A stretch of 63,154 bases of DNA, filler included, from Licmophora abbreviata (taxonomy: Eukaryota), in the NCBI GenBank assembly GCA_900291995.1. It is 5 parts of 5 records of this genome, joined end to end, with 100 filler letters (N's around TTAATTAATTAA, not from the genome) between each part and the next. Parts side by side here need not be neighbours in the genome. Positions count along the whole stretch, not along the records: positions 44,223 to 53,786 come from OLMU01001203.1; positions 53,887 to 58,958 come from OLMU01001206.1; positions 59,059 to 63,154 come from OLMU01001213.1; 2 more parts are not named here. One strand, 5' to 3'. The translations under genes and the position numbers were made by a program. Below the pieces are notes generated by a model that saw only the letters and a list, made by a program, of their open reading frames with translations, was not told where the DNA came from and did no database searches. This document shows, one piece after another, positions 48,247 to 60,193 of this stretch (position 1 is its first letter; each line of letters begins with the position of its first letter).

Positions 48247-49964
48247 ATGAGCGATATTCAGAAGAAGATCGAGGAGCTGGAGGCCGAGATGGCCAGAACG
48301 CAGAAGGTAAGTCGCTAAGAAAAGGATGCGGCTGGTGGACACTGAAATCGAGTCTCGACCGAGAGTGTCTATCTAGTCGTCCTACGATCATGATGTTCGA
48401 TTGGCTTACAGCGTGCTTGCATGTATCCCCTCTCCGAACGGTAGAACAAGGCAACAAACTATCATCTTGGAACGCTAAAGGCTAAGATTGCTAAGCTCAA
48501 GAGTGAGCTCATCAATGGGCCCGGGGGAAAGAGTGCGGGAACGAAGAACGCTGAAAGGTGAGTAACTCGCCATGTACAATGACTCTATCAGCGCTGCGGC
48601 ATATACCAAACATGAATGACCCTCATTGTTTCGTTGAGCTACAGAGGGTTTGACGTGACCAAGAGCGGTGACACCCGGATCGGGCTGGGTAAGTGAACCA
48701 TGAGCTGCAATTGCATGGTTGCTCCCTCGACCCAGTCCAACAGACTGACCTCTTGCTTCGTTCGCTCTTGCTTCGTTCGAACAGTGGGTTTTCCCTCGGT
48801 TGGCAAATCAACGCTTTTGACTCAGCTCACAGGGACAAGAAGTGAAGCTGCGGCCTACGAATTCACTACGTTGAGCTGCATCCCTGGCACAATGAAGTAC
48901 AAGGGAGCGCGAATCCAGGTGTTGGATCTTCCAGGTAAGTCCCGGAAAGCAATTCAAAATACCAACCACTCCTTGGAAGTGTCCACTAAAACGATCCGCT
49001 CTTTCTATTATAGGTATCATCGAGGGTGCAGCGGACGGTAAAGGACGCGGACGGCAAGTAATTTCAACCGCTCGCACATGCAACCTGATCTTGGTTGTGC
49101 TTGACAGCTCGAAACCTGTCACGCACAAAAAGATCATCGAGCAGGAACTATTCAACTTTGGTATCCGACTGAATCAATCGCCGCCGGATGTCAAGGTTAT
49201 CAAGAAGGACAAGGGTGGGATCGGATACCAGGAGATTGTACCACAAACTCAGGTAGGTGGAGAATCCTCGCTTGTTAGGCTTCTTTTTTCGACATGTTCT
49301 TACATACATGATGGTCCTCTGCTTCGCAGGGCATGTCTGCGGACGCCTGTCGGCTAATCTGCAAGGAGTACAGAGTAAACAGTGCCGAGATCATTCTGCG
49401 GGAAGACATTACTGTCGACCAGTTCATTGATGTGCTTGAGGCGAATCGGGCGTATATTCCCTGCTTGTACGTATTCAACAAGATTGACGCCCTGACAATC
49501 GAGGAGCTGGACATCTTGGATCAGCTGCCAAATTACGTGCCGATTAGTTCTAGAAATAATTGGAATTTGGAGGAGTTGATGGAGGCTGTATGGGCGAGAT
49601 GCAACATGATGCGTATCTACACAAAACCAAAAGGACAAATCCCTGACTACGACGAGCCTGTTATTCTGCACAGTGAAAAAAGCCCGACCATTGAAGAATT
49701 CTGCAATCGCATTCATCGATCATTAATGGCAGAGTTCTCTCATGCGCTAGTATGGGGCCGATCGGCGAAGCACCAGCCACAGCGATGCGGAAAAGACCAT
49801 AGTCTTATGGACGAGGATGTGTACGTGAATGTGTTTGCGATGTGAACGCATTGTGTTTGGACTTTTGTAGAGACCACTCCCTTTCTCAACAAATTTGCAT
49901 ACACTTATCTTTCGTCTCTCCTTTTCATAGTGTGCAGGTTTGTAAGAAAGCAGGAGGTGCATAG
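48247..49964 (+). CDS. DRG1: Developmentally regulated GTP-binding protein 1; join(48247..48306,48445..48557,48645..48688,48785..48934,49014..49252,49330..49820,49931..49964)
   Basis: [47 protein letters not shown] and a TGS domain; six GT-AG introns. Confidence 0.92.
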
Positions 49965-49968
49965 GCTT

Positions 49969-50043
49969 TGGGGGTGATGACGGATTGAAACTGAGAGTAG
50001 CGATTGAAACTGGGGGTGATGATGGATTGAAACTGAGAGTAGC
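49969..50043 (+). repeat. 42-bp tandem duplication (about 1.8 copies) directly after the DRG1 stop codon
   Basis: TGGGGGTGATGA(C/T)GGATTGAAACTGAGAGTAGC at 49969 and 50011. Confidence 0.9.
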
Positions 50044-50213
50044 AGTAGTTGAAAGACTTTGTAGTTCTAGCTGTCGCAGACGTCTTGATCCTCATGGACG
50101 ACCTGCCAATGCGATTGTTATAACGGCGTGCCATTCTATTGATCTAGCTCTTCCGGCAACATTTATATGAAACGCTGTGTTCTCCTTTTCGCTGCTTAGC
50201 CAACACGCCCCAA

Positions 50214-51293
50214 TTACAAGAGCCGCAAGTGATTGATCTCAAACACACGGACTTCATGGGGATCTCCGCTGTCCTGCACTAGACTGTCCAGGACATGCCT
50301 GTCAGATACGATCTTCCCGAAACATGATTCAGCATCATCAGAATAGTCGTCGTCCGATGATGGACCATGGGCATTTGAGTTATTTTCGGTATTCACGAAG
50401 AAATCGGGGCCCTTTCTCGAGAAGCCAAGAGTGTACTGCAAGTGGGGAAACTCGGACGAATACTCAGAAAAGGCGAGTCGACTCAGGTGAGCCTCTTCAA
50501 ACCTACCATTAACTCGCGTCGCACTCGAAATCTCCAATGGAGTAGCTTGAATGACATGCGGGCTTCTAGCTTTGTGAACAAAAGCGAGTCCATCCCACAT
50601 TTTCTCGGACACCATGCGTAAGAACTGATGAACAGAGTGAGGCATGACATCCAACGGCGCAAGCTCCACCGTAAACTTGTACTGCGTTTTCTGATCTAGT
50701 CCACTAGAAGCAAGTTTTGGAGATACCGAAATCTCGACCCTGTGTGGCCCCTGCCCGAACTTTTTCATGACTGCGGTACGACTCCTTTCCTGAATGTGTC
50801 GCTCTAGACTGTCAATGTTGCTTATATAAGCATCTTCAAGAGCTTCCATCTCAGAAAACGTCTCCTCAACGGCATTGAGTTGACGTCGACTCATCCTCAT
50901 GTCGACAAGCAGACGATCGTTCGCATTTTGCATTGTTCGGATTGTCCCTTCGAGGTTGCTTAGGGTGGACGACTGTCTGTGCAAGTCGCGGACACTTCTC
51001 TTTTCCCACATCTGGAACTCCTGGACTTCATTTGTTAGAGTTTTCCATTGCTTTTCGATGAAACTATGCTGGACCCACGGCAATGAAACCAAAAAGATTC
51101 CCAGTGAAACCCATACCCACCCGGGCACATTTACCGCGCATGACGACCACGATGAGCGCCCGCGCCACTGATGGTCTGACCCCCTCGGGGATTGAGACGG
51201 CCATTGTTGATCGTAGTAAGTCGCGACGCTGTTAAAATGATCCACGGGATATTGTGGTAGCGAGCCACTGCGTGTGACGGATTCACTGGACAT
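50214..51293 (-). CDS. Membrane-anchored coiled-coil protein with C-terminal cyclophilin-like domain
   Basis: One TM segment, a coiled coil, then VELAPLDVMPHSVHQFL, YTLGF...GPDFFVN and CFGKIV. Confidence 0.7.
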   Translation of the reverse strand: MSSESVTRSGSLPQYPVDHFNSVATYYDQQWPSQSPRGSDHQWRGRSSWSSCAVNVPGWVWVSLGIFLVSLPWVQHSFIEKQWKTLTNEVQEFQMWEKRSVRDLHRQSSTLSNLEGTIRTMQNANDRLLVDMRMSRRQLNAVEETFSEMEALEDAYISNIDSLERHIQERSRTAVMKKFGQGPHRVEISVSPKLASSGLDQKTQYKFTVELAPLDVMPHSVHQFLRMVSEKMWDGLAFVHKARSPHVIQATPLEISSATRVNGRFEEAHLSRLAFSEYSSEFPHLQYTLGFSRKGPDFFVNTENNSNAHGPSSDDDYSDDAESCFGKIVSDRHVLDSLVQDSGDPHEVRVFEINHLRLL

Positions 51294-51906
51294 AGTCGGC
51301 AAAGGCGTACCCACAGAGCTTGAGCGGCGACTCGAGATCATACCGAGAATCAAAATTAGATGAAAATACTTTCAGCGTGATGACGAAGGGAGTGATGAGA
51401 CAGGTAGAGAGTTATGGCACGAAGCACTTGCGATCGTGATCGTGGAAGGGAGTGGTTTCTCGATGGACTACAATGGGCATGCGTGTGTTGGGTGTGTTAT
51501 GTGCCAACATCGCAAAAAGCAAAAAAGTGACCATCGCCATCTCATATGATGCTTATATTCCTTCCTCATTGCCGAATGCATATATATTTAATATAAGATT
51601 CATACGTGAAATTAAATCAATAGTCGCCAGTCGCCAGTCGAGTATGATAGGTCTAATGCACGATATTCCCGCGCGGTCCAACGCGCATGGAGTCAGCGCG
51701 GTCTGGCAGTCCTCCGGATGCATCTCGCAGAGCCTCACGCTCACTTTTTTCTTCGCCTTCATTTCGTCATCGGTGATCGGTGGATGCGGTTATTACAAGT
51801 ATCATAGTTGCTCAAGTCGTCGTCGTCATCGTCGCATTGAGGAATCTCTTTCCAGGTAGCAGCTTATATTCACAGAGGGACTCGTGGGAGCGTTAAGAAA
51901 GAAACC

Positions 51907-53786
51907 ATGATGTCAACTGCTGTAAGGACAATCTTTGGCTCTGAGCTGCGGCGCCGTTTCACCGGCCGTCGAGTGATCTCGTCGACATCGCTGCCTCCGA
52001 GCTTGACCAAGGAAGTCCCCTTCTTGACGTTTTCAAACGGTTTAGAAGACAGCGGTCAGAATAGTGCGCCTCGTTGGTCATCATTTGGCATATATCCAGG
52101 CTCTCGTCAGCCAGTCGTGCAGTCCCATCTCAAACTCGTCTCGCACTCGGCCCGACGGTTCTCAACTGCTCCGGAAGGTGTGGAGTCTCTGCCCTCCTAT
52201 TCGATTGGACATCGCTCGGGGGTACGAAGTGTAGCCATAGTAGCTCACATTGACCACGGGAAGACCACCCTTACCGATCAGTTGCTGAAAGTTGCGAACG
52301 AGTCCGAGGAACATCAAGACCTGAATCGCCTCTTGGACTCCGGAGAACTGGAAGTGGAACGAGGAATCACAATCACAAGCAAAGTGACTCGACTCGACTA
52401 TACCAACGCAGACAACGATCATTACACTATCAACGTGGTAGACACCCCTGGCCACGCTGATTTTGCAGGAGAGGTTAACAGGATTCTCTCCATGGTCGAT
52501 GGGGTTTGTCTGATTGTCGATGCAGCGGAAGGACCAAAGTCCCAGACCAAGTACTTGCTTTCTAGAGCCTTGAACCTCGGACTCAAACCGCTAGTTGTCC
52601 TGAACAAGGTTGACCGGGAGGATGCGATGGGACGAGTTGTAACTGGAGAAACTGAGACGCAGATATTGGACTTGTTTGATTCATTGAACGCAACAGACGA
52701 TCAAATGGACTATACTACTTTGTACGCGTCTGGGCGTAAGGGATGGGTCACCGACGACGCTGATGTAGCCCTTGATATCGCAAAGGATGCCGATGCACAG
52801 GGTTCATCGATGAGAGTCTTGCTTGATGCGATCATTGAGAACATCCCACAACCGTCTGTTCGCTTCTACGATGTTGATTCAGAGAAACCAACAGACGATG
52901 CTGAATTATTCAAGGCTGACAAGTTCTCGCTGGCCGCTACAACCGTTGGATTTGACAAGTATCTAGGGCGCACATGCACTGGGCGCATTTATTCTGGCTC
53001 TGTATCCATGAACGACTCGATTACTGTGCTGAAGCGTGATGGAGACGACACGGTCGTTCCTCCGACTGCTGTCACAGGACTCTTTGTCAATCGCGGGATC
53101 AGTCGAACGCCGCTCGAGCCTCCCATCGCATCAGCTGGTGACATTGTGACACTGGCGGGTATACCTGACTGTATTGCAGTAGGTGATACTGTGACTAGCG
53201 CGAAGAACTCGATTGGGTTGCCCATCGACACTCCTCCACTGGCACCTCCGACGCTGTCCATGGATTTTGGTGCAAACACTGGCCCTCTTGTCGGACGGGA
53301 AGGCGATATTATCACGTCCTCGCGTATCAGATCCAGATTGCTAAGCGAGACAGATAACAATGTGACGCTCTCTGTCACCAAGAGCGAGACTGATGCCGAG
53401 AAGACCATTGTCTACGGCCGAGGCGAATTGCAGCTGGGCATTCTGATTGAGCAGATGCGTCGAGAAGGATTCGAACTCATGATTTCTCCTCCGCGGATTG
53501 TCACGAGTACCTGTCCCGATACCGGGAAGAAACTTGAGCCTTATGAGGAGGTTGTCGTTGACGTTGATGCCGAGTACTCGGGAACTGTGGTGAACGCCCT
53601 CACGGGCGATCGCAAAGGGGTACTGCTCGAAATGACGGAGAACTCGGCCGATGGGAAGACTCGCTTGGTATTTGAAGCGCCAAGTCGGGGACTCATCGGC
53701 TTCGGTCCCGAGATCGCGACAGTAACACGAGGGAGTGCGGTGTACCATCATTGCCATCTCGAAGACCGCGAATATGCTGGAAACCT
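51907..53786 (+). CDS. typA: TypA/BipA translational GTPase, probably mitochondrial; 3' truncated by gap
   Basis: AHIDHGKTT, ERGITI, DTPGHADF, NKVD, GRGELQLGILIEQMRREGFE and LEPYE; Arg/Ser-rich N-terminal extension. Confidence 0.92.
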
Positions 53787-53886
53787 NNNNNNNNNNNNNN
53801 NNNNNNNNNNNNNNNNNNNNNNNNNNNNNNTTAATTAATTAANNNNNNNNNNNNNNNNNNNNNNNNNNNNNNNNNNNNNNNNNNNN
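53787..53886. other. Artificial contig spacer
   Basis: 44 N + TTAATTAATTAA + 44 N. Confidence 0.97.
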
Positions 53887-53959
53887 GCAAACAAACCGTG
53901 TGACTTATCATATTATGCGCACATGTAAGCTCATCTCTTTGTCTCCTTTCCTACTACAG

Positions 53960-55506
53960 CATTTCGGTTCGAGGAAGGGGTTGCGTTCGACCAGCCCAAT
54001 TTCTTCTCCAATCTGTACGAAAACTTTCAGCAGCAATACCGAAGCGTGATGGACTCAGCCGACTTTAAACCAATGAAGAACTTTCGAAATTTCATGGCGG
54101 AGACCCGGCAGCACATTGCCGAAGCGGAAGAGACCGCTGTAGCCAAGGCTTCTCAAATGTATGACAATGCTTACCACACGCTCGTAACTCCGGGATCCAG
54201 TATGGACAAACAACTGTCAGCATTCTCACACATGACTCATGTACAGCTGACGGAAGCGTGGAACTCTGTAAAAGAAATGAAGGGAAGAATGGAAACTGCA
54301 AAGTTTCTTTCTGCCCAGCGCAAGAGGATACGACAGCAAATGAAGGGATATCGGCAGTTGCTGAGTCGAATGAGAGAGTCGACGGTCCCGTCAAACCAGA
54401 TGGCGGCGCTCATGAGAAAGATGACCGAGTGCAATGAGGCCATGGAGCGACTGGAGGGGTCGGCTCGAGAAGCTTTCGTCAATGCGACCGGCTATGCGAG
54501 GAAGAATATGCTGCCCCACAAAGAGCCACAGCGATACGCAGGGTATTCAGCCGACCCGCTGCTCGGTATTGCCACGTACCCGTTGGGTATACATCTCCTT
54601 CTTCTCGCAGCAACAGAAATTCCTTTGCGTAGGGCCATGAAGAACCGAGGCTTCAGTCGACTGAGTGTTGGGCAGGTGGCGTATTATTACCACCCCGGAA
54701 CCTCAAACGAGAATGGTACCGGGGATGACGACGAGGAGAGGGAGGAAGAGATTCCCATTGTGTTTGTGCATGGCATTGGTATCGGTCTCATTGTGTACCT
54801 TCCCCTGATTGACTCGTTCTTGGAGTCGGGTCGTGCCATACTGCTCCCTGAAATTCCCTACGTCACGGGTCTTCGTCCCTGGCAGAGCCCCAACGCTGTG
54901 CTACCGCCTGCAGCCGTGACAGGCACGATGACTACCGTCCTCGCGACGCACGGGTACCCGAAGGCCACATTTGTTGGTCATTCGTATGGTACATCATGGG
55001 TCAGCTACATGTGCAAGTATGCGCCCGAGGCCGTGGCTGCGGCTGTATTTCTGGACCCCATTTGTTTTTGCCTGCATGTACCGCGGCTCAACATGAACTT
55101 TGTGTATCACCGGCCGGATCCAGGGAGCATAAGTCATTTAGTGCGAACGGATGTAATGGTGAACTGGACAATCCAGCGCAGTTTTCCTTGGCATTGGATC
55201 ATTCTATTTGCGGAAGACATGCATGTTCCCTACTCGGTATTTCTCAGCGAGAACGATGCGTTGGTTCCCTCCGCCAAAGTAGTGAAATATCTAAAGGGAA
55301 GAGGTGCTCCCGCCCGAGACTTTGACAAGGTGGACAGAGAGCACTTTGAAAGCGCGGATACCACAGTGACTGTCTTTCGAGGTGATGGGCATGGCGACTG
55401 GACTGTCGATGCCTCTCACTACGTCCCTCGTATCGCGGAATGTGTCGAGGTGCTCTGTTTGCGAGCGGAGGGGGGCGATGATTCACATAGAGAAATGCCG
55501 CATTGA
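53960..55506 (+). CDS. Alpha/beta hydrolase fold protein, last exon; 5' part lost in gap
   Basis: Acceptor TACAG ending at 53959; VFVHGIGIG, GHSYG nucleophile elbow, ENDALV and GHG. Confidence 0.8.
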
Positions 55507-56052
55507 CAAAATATGTGCAAGTCTTTCCTTCTGGCATGACGCGACGTCTTTGAGGCGCTACCATGTTTGAAGTGTCGCGGCACTACCGGCACGCGTCCAG
55601 TAAATCCCAATTTGTCGGGAAGGAGTGTCTGCATGCCTTTTCAGCCTAACTTTAAATAGGACGTCAGTAAGACTACCCCATTCTCTATATTTTACCTGAT
55701 AAGGCGACGTAGGCTTGGCGATTCTATTGATTACAGCGAGTATTCACTGCAAGCCGCCTACGTCAGGGACTTGGTTCGCGAAAGAGAGGAGACACCCAGA
55801 GATTTGCAATAGCTTCAAGAATTTGAACATCATCTCCTGCTTCTTCATTGCCAGAGCTCGTAGAAAGCTCGAGCTCATCAAACTGATGCCGCAGTAAAAC
55901 TGCCCGGGCATCATCGATTTTGAATTGACCAACCATGGCGCAAGACCAAAAAACTTCCCACGAGCGGAGCTTCTCTCAGAAGACAAAAGAGTAAACTCAC
56001 ATTCTTCTCAACAGGGGAGAAAAATTAATTCAGACGATAGAAGGTCATAGAC

Positions 56053-56565
56053 ATGAATTTCTGTAAAATGAGGAAGAAAAAAACGTCGTCTTCTGAAGGC
56101 TCTTCACGACGACATCAGCCAGTCGAACTTGGGACCATCCAGTACGTGAATCTCACTCCTGACGGCCGCCATGGCGACCTGGAGATGGCCTTGCAGGCTG
56201 CTCAAGCCACACAAAAGCCTCTTTTCGTGAATTTCGTAGAGTGGTCAGGCTGATCCGGGTGCAAGGACGCTGGGAAGATTTTCGCTGATCCCGTCGTCCA
56301 ACGAGCCGCCGAAGAGTGTTTTGTTCCTTGCGCATTCAACACCTGGGATCGTAACGATACGACGAGGAACAAGGCCATGAAGATGTGGGGTGCGGGACTG
56401 GCTCACTCATGATGGGGGTACCTGCGGATCGTCGATCCGCAGGGCAAACTCGTCATCAATGGAACGAGGCAACTGACATCGAAAAGGAATCTCGACGAGG
56501 TCAAACAGGTGATGCGAGAGGCATTGGAGGATTTAGGGTTGGAGGTGCCCGACTATCTGGACTAA
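56053..56565 (+). CDS. Thioredoxin-fold selenoprotein (170 aa) with UxxC motif and a second in-frame UGA
   Basis: Frame continues through TGA 56251 (KPLFVNFVEWSG-U-SGC) and TGA 56410 (AHS-U-WGYLRIVD) to TAA 56563; a SECIS element follows. Confidence 0.88.
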
Positions 56566-56584
56566 GCAGAAGAAAAGGGCTAGT

Positions 56585-56670
56585 GTGAATACACGGGATG
56601 ACCTGAATTGGAAAGCGATGGACATTTCATGCTGTTCCATGGCACCGATTCGGCGAAAGAGTGTAGTCAC
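56585..56670 (+). promoter_or_regulatory. Eukaryotic type II SECIS element
   Basis: Helix I GTGAaTACAC/GTGTAgTCAC; core A-TGAC/CGAA; helix II CTGAATTGG/CCGATTCGG (9 pairs including 2 G-U); unpaired AAA at 56612-56614; apical mini-stem ATGGA/TCCAT. Confidence 0.9.
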
Positions 56671-56929
56671 CTCGTCCTTCTTCTGGAGGGTCACCTCCAC
56701 TATGACAGTTATCGCTTTTGCTACTAGCCGTGTTATTAGTTAGAGCCACGCTGTGGGCTTTACAAGTGAGAAGGATCTCTACGCTTCACCTGCAAAGGCC
56801 ACAGCATGACCAGTATCACGGGCTCGAGGTGGCAAGAAAAGCGTCATCTTGTCGCCACAAGGCCGTCTATACTCCATCCCTGCGTATGCCGTGCCGCTCA
56901 CTTGAGAATGACACGATCACGCGGCCTTC

Positions 56930-58842
56930 TTACATTCCACCGGAAAAGTCAAATGTCTGCTGTTGACTGTCCATACCAAACGAAAAGTGATCGCCGTCCC
57001 CTTGCGGAGCAACCTGGACCATTTCTTCCTCGTCTTCAACGCCAAAGTACGTCTCCAAGATTCGGACGGCTTTTTCGTACAGATCATTGTTCGCGTGCTG
57101 CTGAAGCTCCTCAATCTTCGCCAGACCCTCCGCTTCTGCAACGTAAGTCGCCATGGTATTGTGCGTGCCGGACTCCTTGGATTCTTCCTCTCCCACTCGG
57201 AGAATGTTCTCGAGTCCCTCCAGGGCAATCGTAACAATCTTTGCATCGTTGACCGTAAGCAAATCGCACAGAGGACGAATGCAGCCTTGCGACACAAGAA
57301 ACTTGATCTGCTCAGGACTGCCACCAGACGTGGCATTCGAAACCGCCCAAGCAGCCTCCTTCCGGATATCGAACTCCGCATTCGTCAACAGCTGAATCAG
57401 TGGCGGAACAATGTTGTTGTCAATGACGGCTTGGATCTGGTCCTTGTTGCCAGCAGTAATGTTGCTTATCGTCCAAGCACTCTCTTTTCTCAGTCCTTTC
57501 TTAGGAGAGCTCATCAAGGCCAACAAACAAGGGAGAGCGTTGTGATTGATGATGAACTGTGTCTGCAAATCATTTCCTGTGACAACGTTTCCTACTGTCC
57601 GCAATGCCGGAGTCTGCACCGAAGGAGACGGATTCAGGAGTAACTCCACCAGACGACGCGACACTCCAGCCTCAATGACAGCCTGGATCTTTTCATTTGG
57701 TCCATCGCTCAGGTAGCTCAACGCCCAGCATGCGTCCGTCAAGACTTCTTCGTCGGGACTGAATATGAGCTGTGCCAAGGTAGGCAGCGAGTCACGAACG
57801 AGCTCAAAGTCGGGCTGAGGCTTGCCGCGGCAGAAGTTCGACAGAGTCCAGGTAGCGTTTCGCAGCATACTAAGCTTGGAGTTCTGGTGCAGCTGCTGGA
57901 GCAAGGGCTGCATGGCGCCAGCCTGCAAGACGTAGTCCCGACACGGTGGCGAATCACCCGCAATGTTGCCCAAGGCCCAGACGGCTTGTTCCCGCACATC
58001 ATCGTTGGGAGACATGAGGAGACGAACAAAGATGGGAACAGCGTCGACCTGCATGACCACCTTGGTGTGCTCCGAGGTTCCGGACGCAATGTTCGTGAGC
58101 GCCCTGCAGAGATGAGAACGAGAGTGCGAGAAAAACATGAGCCGTCGATAGTGTACACCATGATAGAGTTAAGCAGAATGGTTCTCACCAGGCAGCTTCA
58201 AACTGAAGGGCAGGATTATCATCTCGCTGTAGGAACTCAACGAATCGAGGGACGACTCCACTCTCAATGACTTGTTGAATGGGAGGATTCTTCTCGATGG
58301 AAAGGAGACGGCGAAACTGAGTGGTACATTCCGTCTGGACAGTCGGATCGTTTCCCATGACACCCGCAACCATCTGCGGCAAGTTCTCTAGACGATTGGC
58401 CTGCTGCAGGGCGGCATTCTGTGATGGATCGGACTGCATCATGGCCATGTCGGCGTACGTGTCATTGCCGAGTCCCTGCAGCATGCTGGCCGCTGCCATG
58501 CCAGCGGGGGTGGGAGCGGCTCCGGCTCCCCCCATTTGTCGACGCTTGGCCATGCGAACATCCTTTTTGTTCTTGCGGATCTGCAGGGTCGTTTCTTCGC
58601 GACGACGTCGGCCATCGTCGGCATCGACTGTCTTTTTAAAGTCCTTGAGTCGCTGTGTTACGTAGTATTGGAGAGTGAAAATGGTGTTCGTGAAAACTGT
58701 GAGCCACGGTACGTAGAACCAGTACGACAACATCGTGGAACGGGCAACGACAACGAGAGCATGACGATCCTGGGCAAGAAGTAGACTCCAATTCAAGACT
58801 CTACAGCAGTTCACCTACCGTATTCTCCTTCGTGGAGCTCAT
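56930..58842 (-). CDS. Importin subunit alpha; join(58819..58842,58189..58652,56930..58103)
   Basis: IBB domain (RRRREE...IRKNKK...KRR) and ARM repeats ([37 protein letters not shown]). Confidence 0.95.
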
Positions 58843-58958
58843 AGCGACGAGTATAGTAGTGATCGATGCAATGAATCAGCCTCCAATAGCTTCAATCGGG
58901 CACACGAGACACAGAAAAGCGACAGCTGAATGGCTTCGACCTTTTTGTCATTATGAGA

Positions 58959-59058
58959 NNNNNNNNNNNNNNNNNNNNNNNNNNNNNNNNNNNNNNNNNN
59001 NNTTAATTAATTAANNNNNNNNNNNNNNNNNNNNNNNNNNNNNNNNNNNNNNNNNNNN
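58959..59058. other. Artificial contig spacer
   Basis: 44 N + TTAATTAATTAA + 44 N. Confidence 0.97.
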
Positions 59059-60006
59059 ATGCGTCCCGCGGTCTCCGCAAAGTTACTGAACTACAAGAAG
59101 TGCTCGGTATCGAGCCACTCGAGAAGATGGTTCGGTCATCCCTCGTGCACGATGTCGTATACAACTGGATGGATGTAGCTCGCTCGTATGCTGGAAAGGG
59201 ACACCCGACCGAACATGACGAAAGCGTTGACAGCCTGGTGCAGAAAAGACTGTTCCAATCAGAAGGTTTCCGATGCTACGACTGGCCAATGGAGTGTGTC
59301 AGATCATGTATGGGCGTAGATCTGGAGAAGAAGGTAGCTGCTGCCTCGTCTCTTTCGGCCCCTATTGGGTTCGCTATGATGCAGGTCGACTCGGAAGAGA
59401 GAGGTCTGCTGCGACATTCCTCGAACCCACTGGTTGTGTTCAGCTCCCGGAAGCGTGTTCCTCTCCTCGGCGGCTACGCGGAAGAAAGTTGTGCACCGGT
59501 TGTTGACAACTCGAACCCTCGAATTTCAATGCTGCCCACATCGTACACTGACTTGTACGCGGAACTCGGCGCGCTATGCCCGGACGGCGAACAAACTGGG
59601 CTTTGCCTTATCTGCGGCGAGGTAAGTCTGTGCAACCACTCCTCATCTCTTCTACTTGCCGGCCATGGGCTAACCTCTTGGTATTTCTCCTTTTGAATAG
59701 GTCCTGAACGCGGGAGGAAAGGGAGAATGCACGAAACACTCGTTCAAGTGCGGTGCAGGCTCCTGTATCTTCTTTCTGTTGCAGGAATGCGTCGGGCTTT
59801 TGATGCACAACGGAAAAGCCGTCTATGTTCGCAGTCCCTACGTAGATAGTCACGGCGAGACACCTCAGTATCGAGGTAGACCTCTGAACTTGGATTTGGA
59901 TCGCTACGAAGTGTTGAAGGAGCTATGGTCTGGACACGCGAACAGGCAGAAAGTGGTCGCCGAAAGAGGCTTAACCAGTCAGCAGATCATTCTCGATTTC
60001 TACTAA
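59059..60006 (+). CDS. C-terminal part of a UBR1/PRT6-type N-degron E3 ubiquitin ligase; intron 59622-59700; 5' truncated
   Basis: LPTSYTDL, LCLICG, GECTKHSFKCGAG, SPYVDSHGET and RGRPLNL. Confidence 0.85.
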
Positions 60007-60193
60007 ATAAGCGGTGAACGACAAGTATCGCAGGATTCAAAAAGATATGACGACATCGTCTCACTGAGTTGTCCATCCTGTGCGTGTCGCTGCGAGGCAT
60101 ATTACAGTGGAGAGTGAGCGGGACTGTTACTGGACACCTCTGTCACCTTTCGGCCTTTGTCTGTTGAGACATTGTCTTCTTTCGCCGCATACT

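Noticed and set aside
49969..50055. ATTGAAAC repeats resembling CRISPR repeat ends
   Set aside because: Only a two-copy tandem duplication with no unique spacers and no cas genes, in a eukaryotic 3' UTR.
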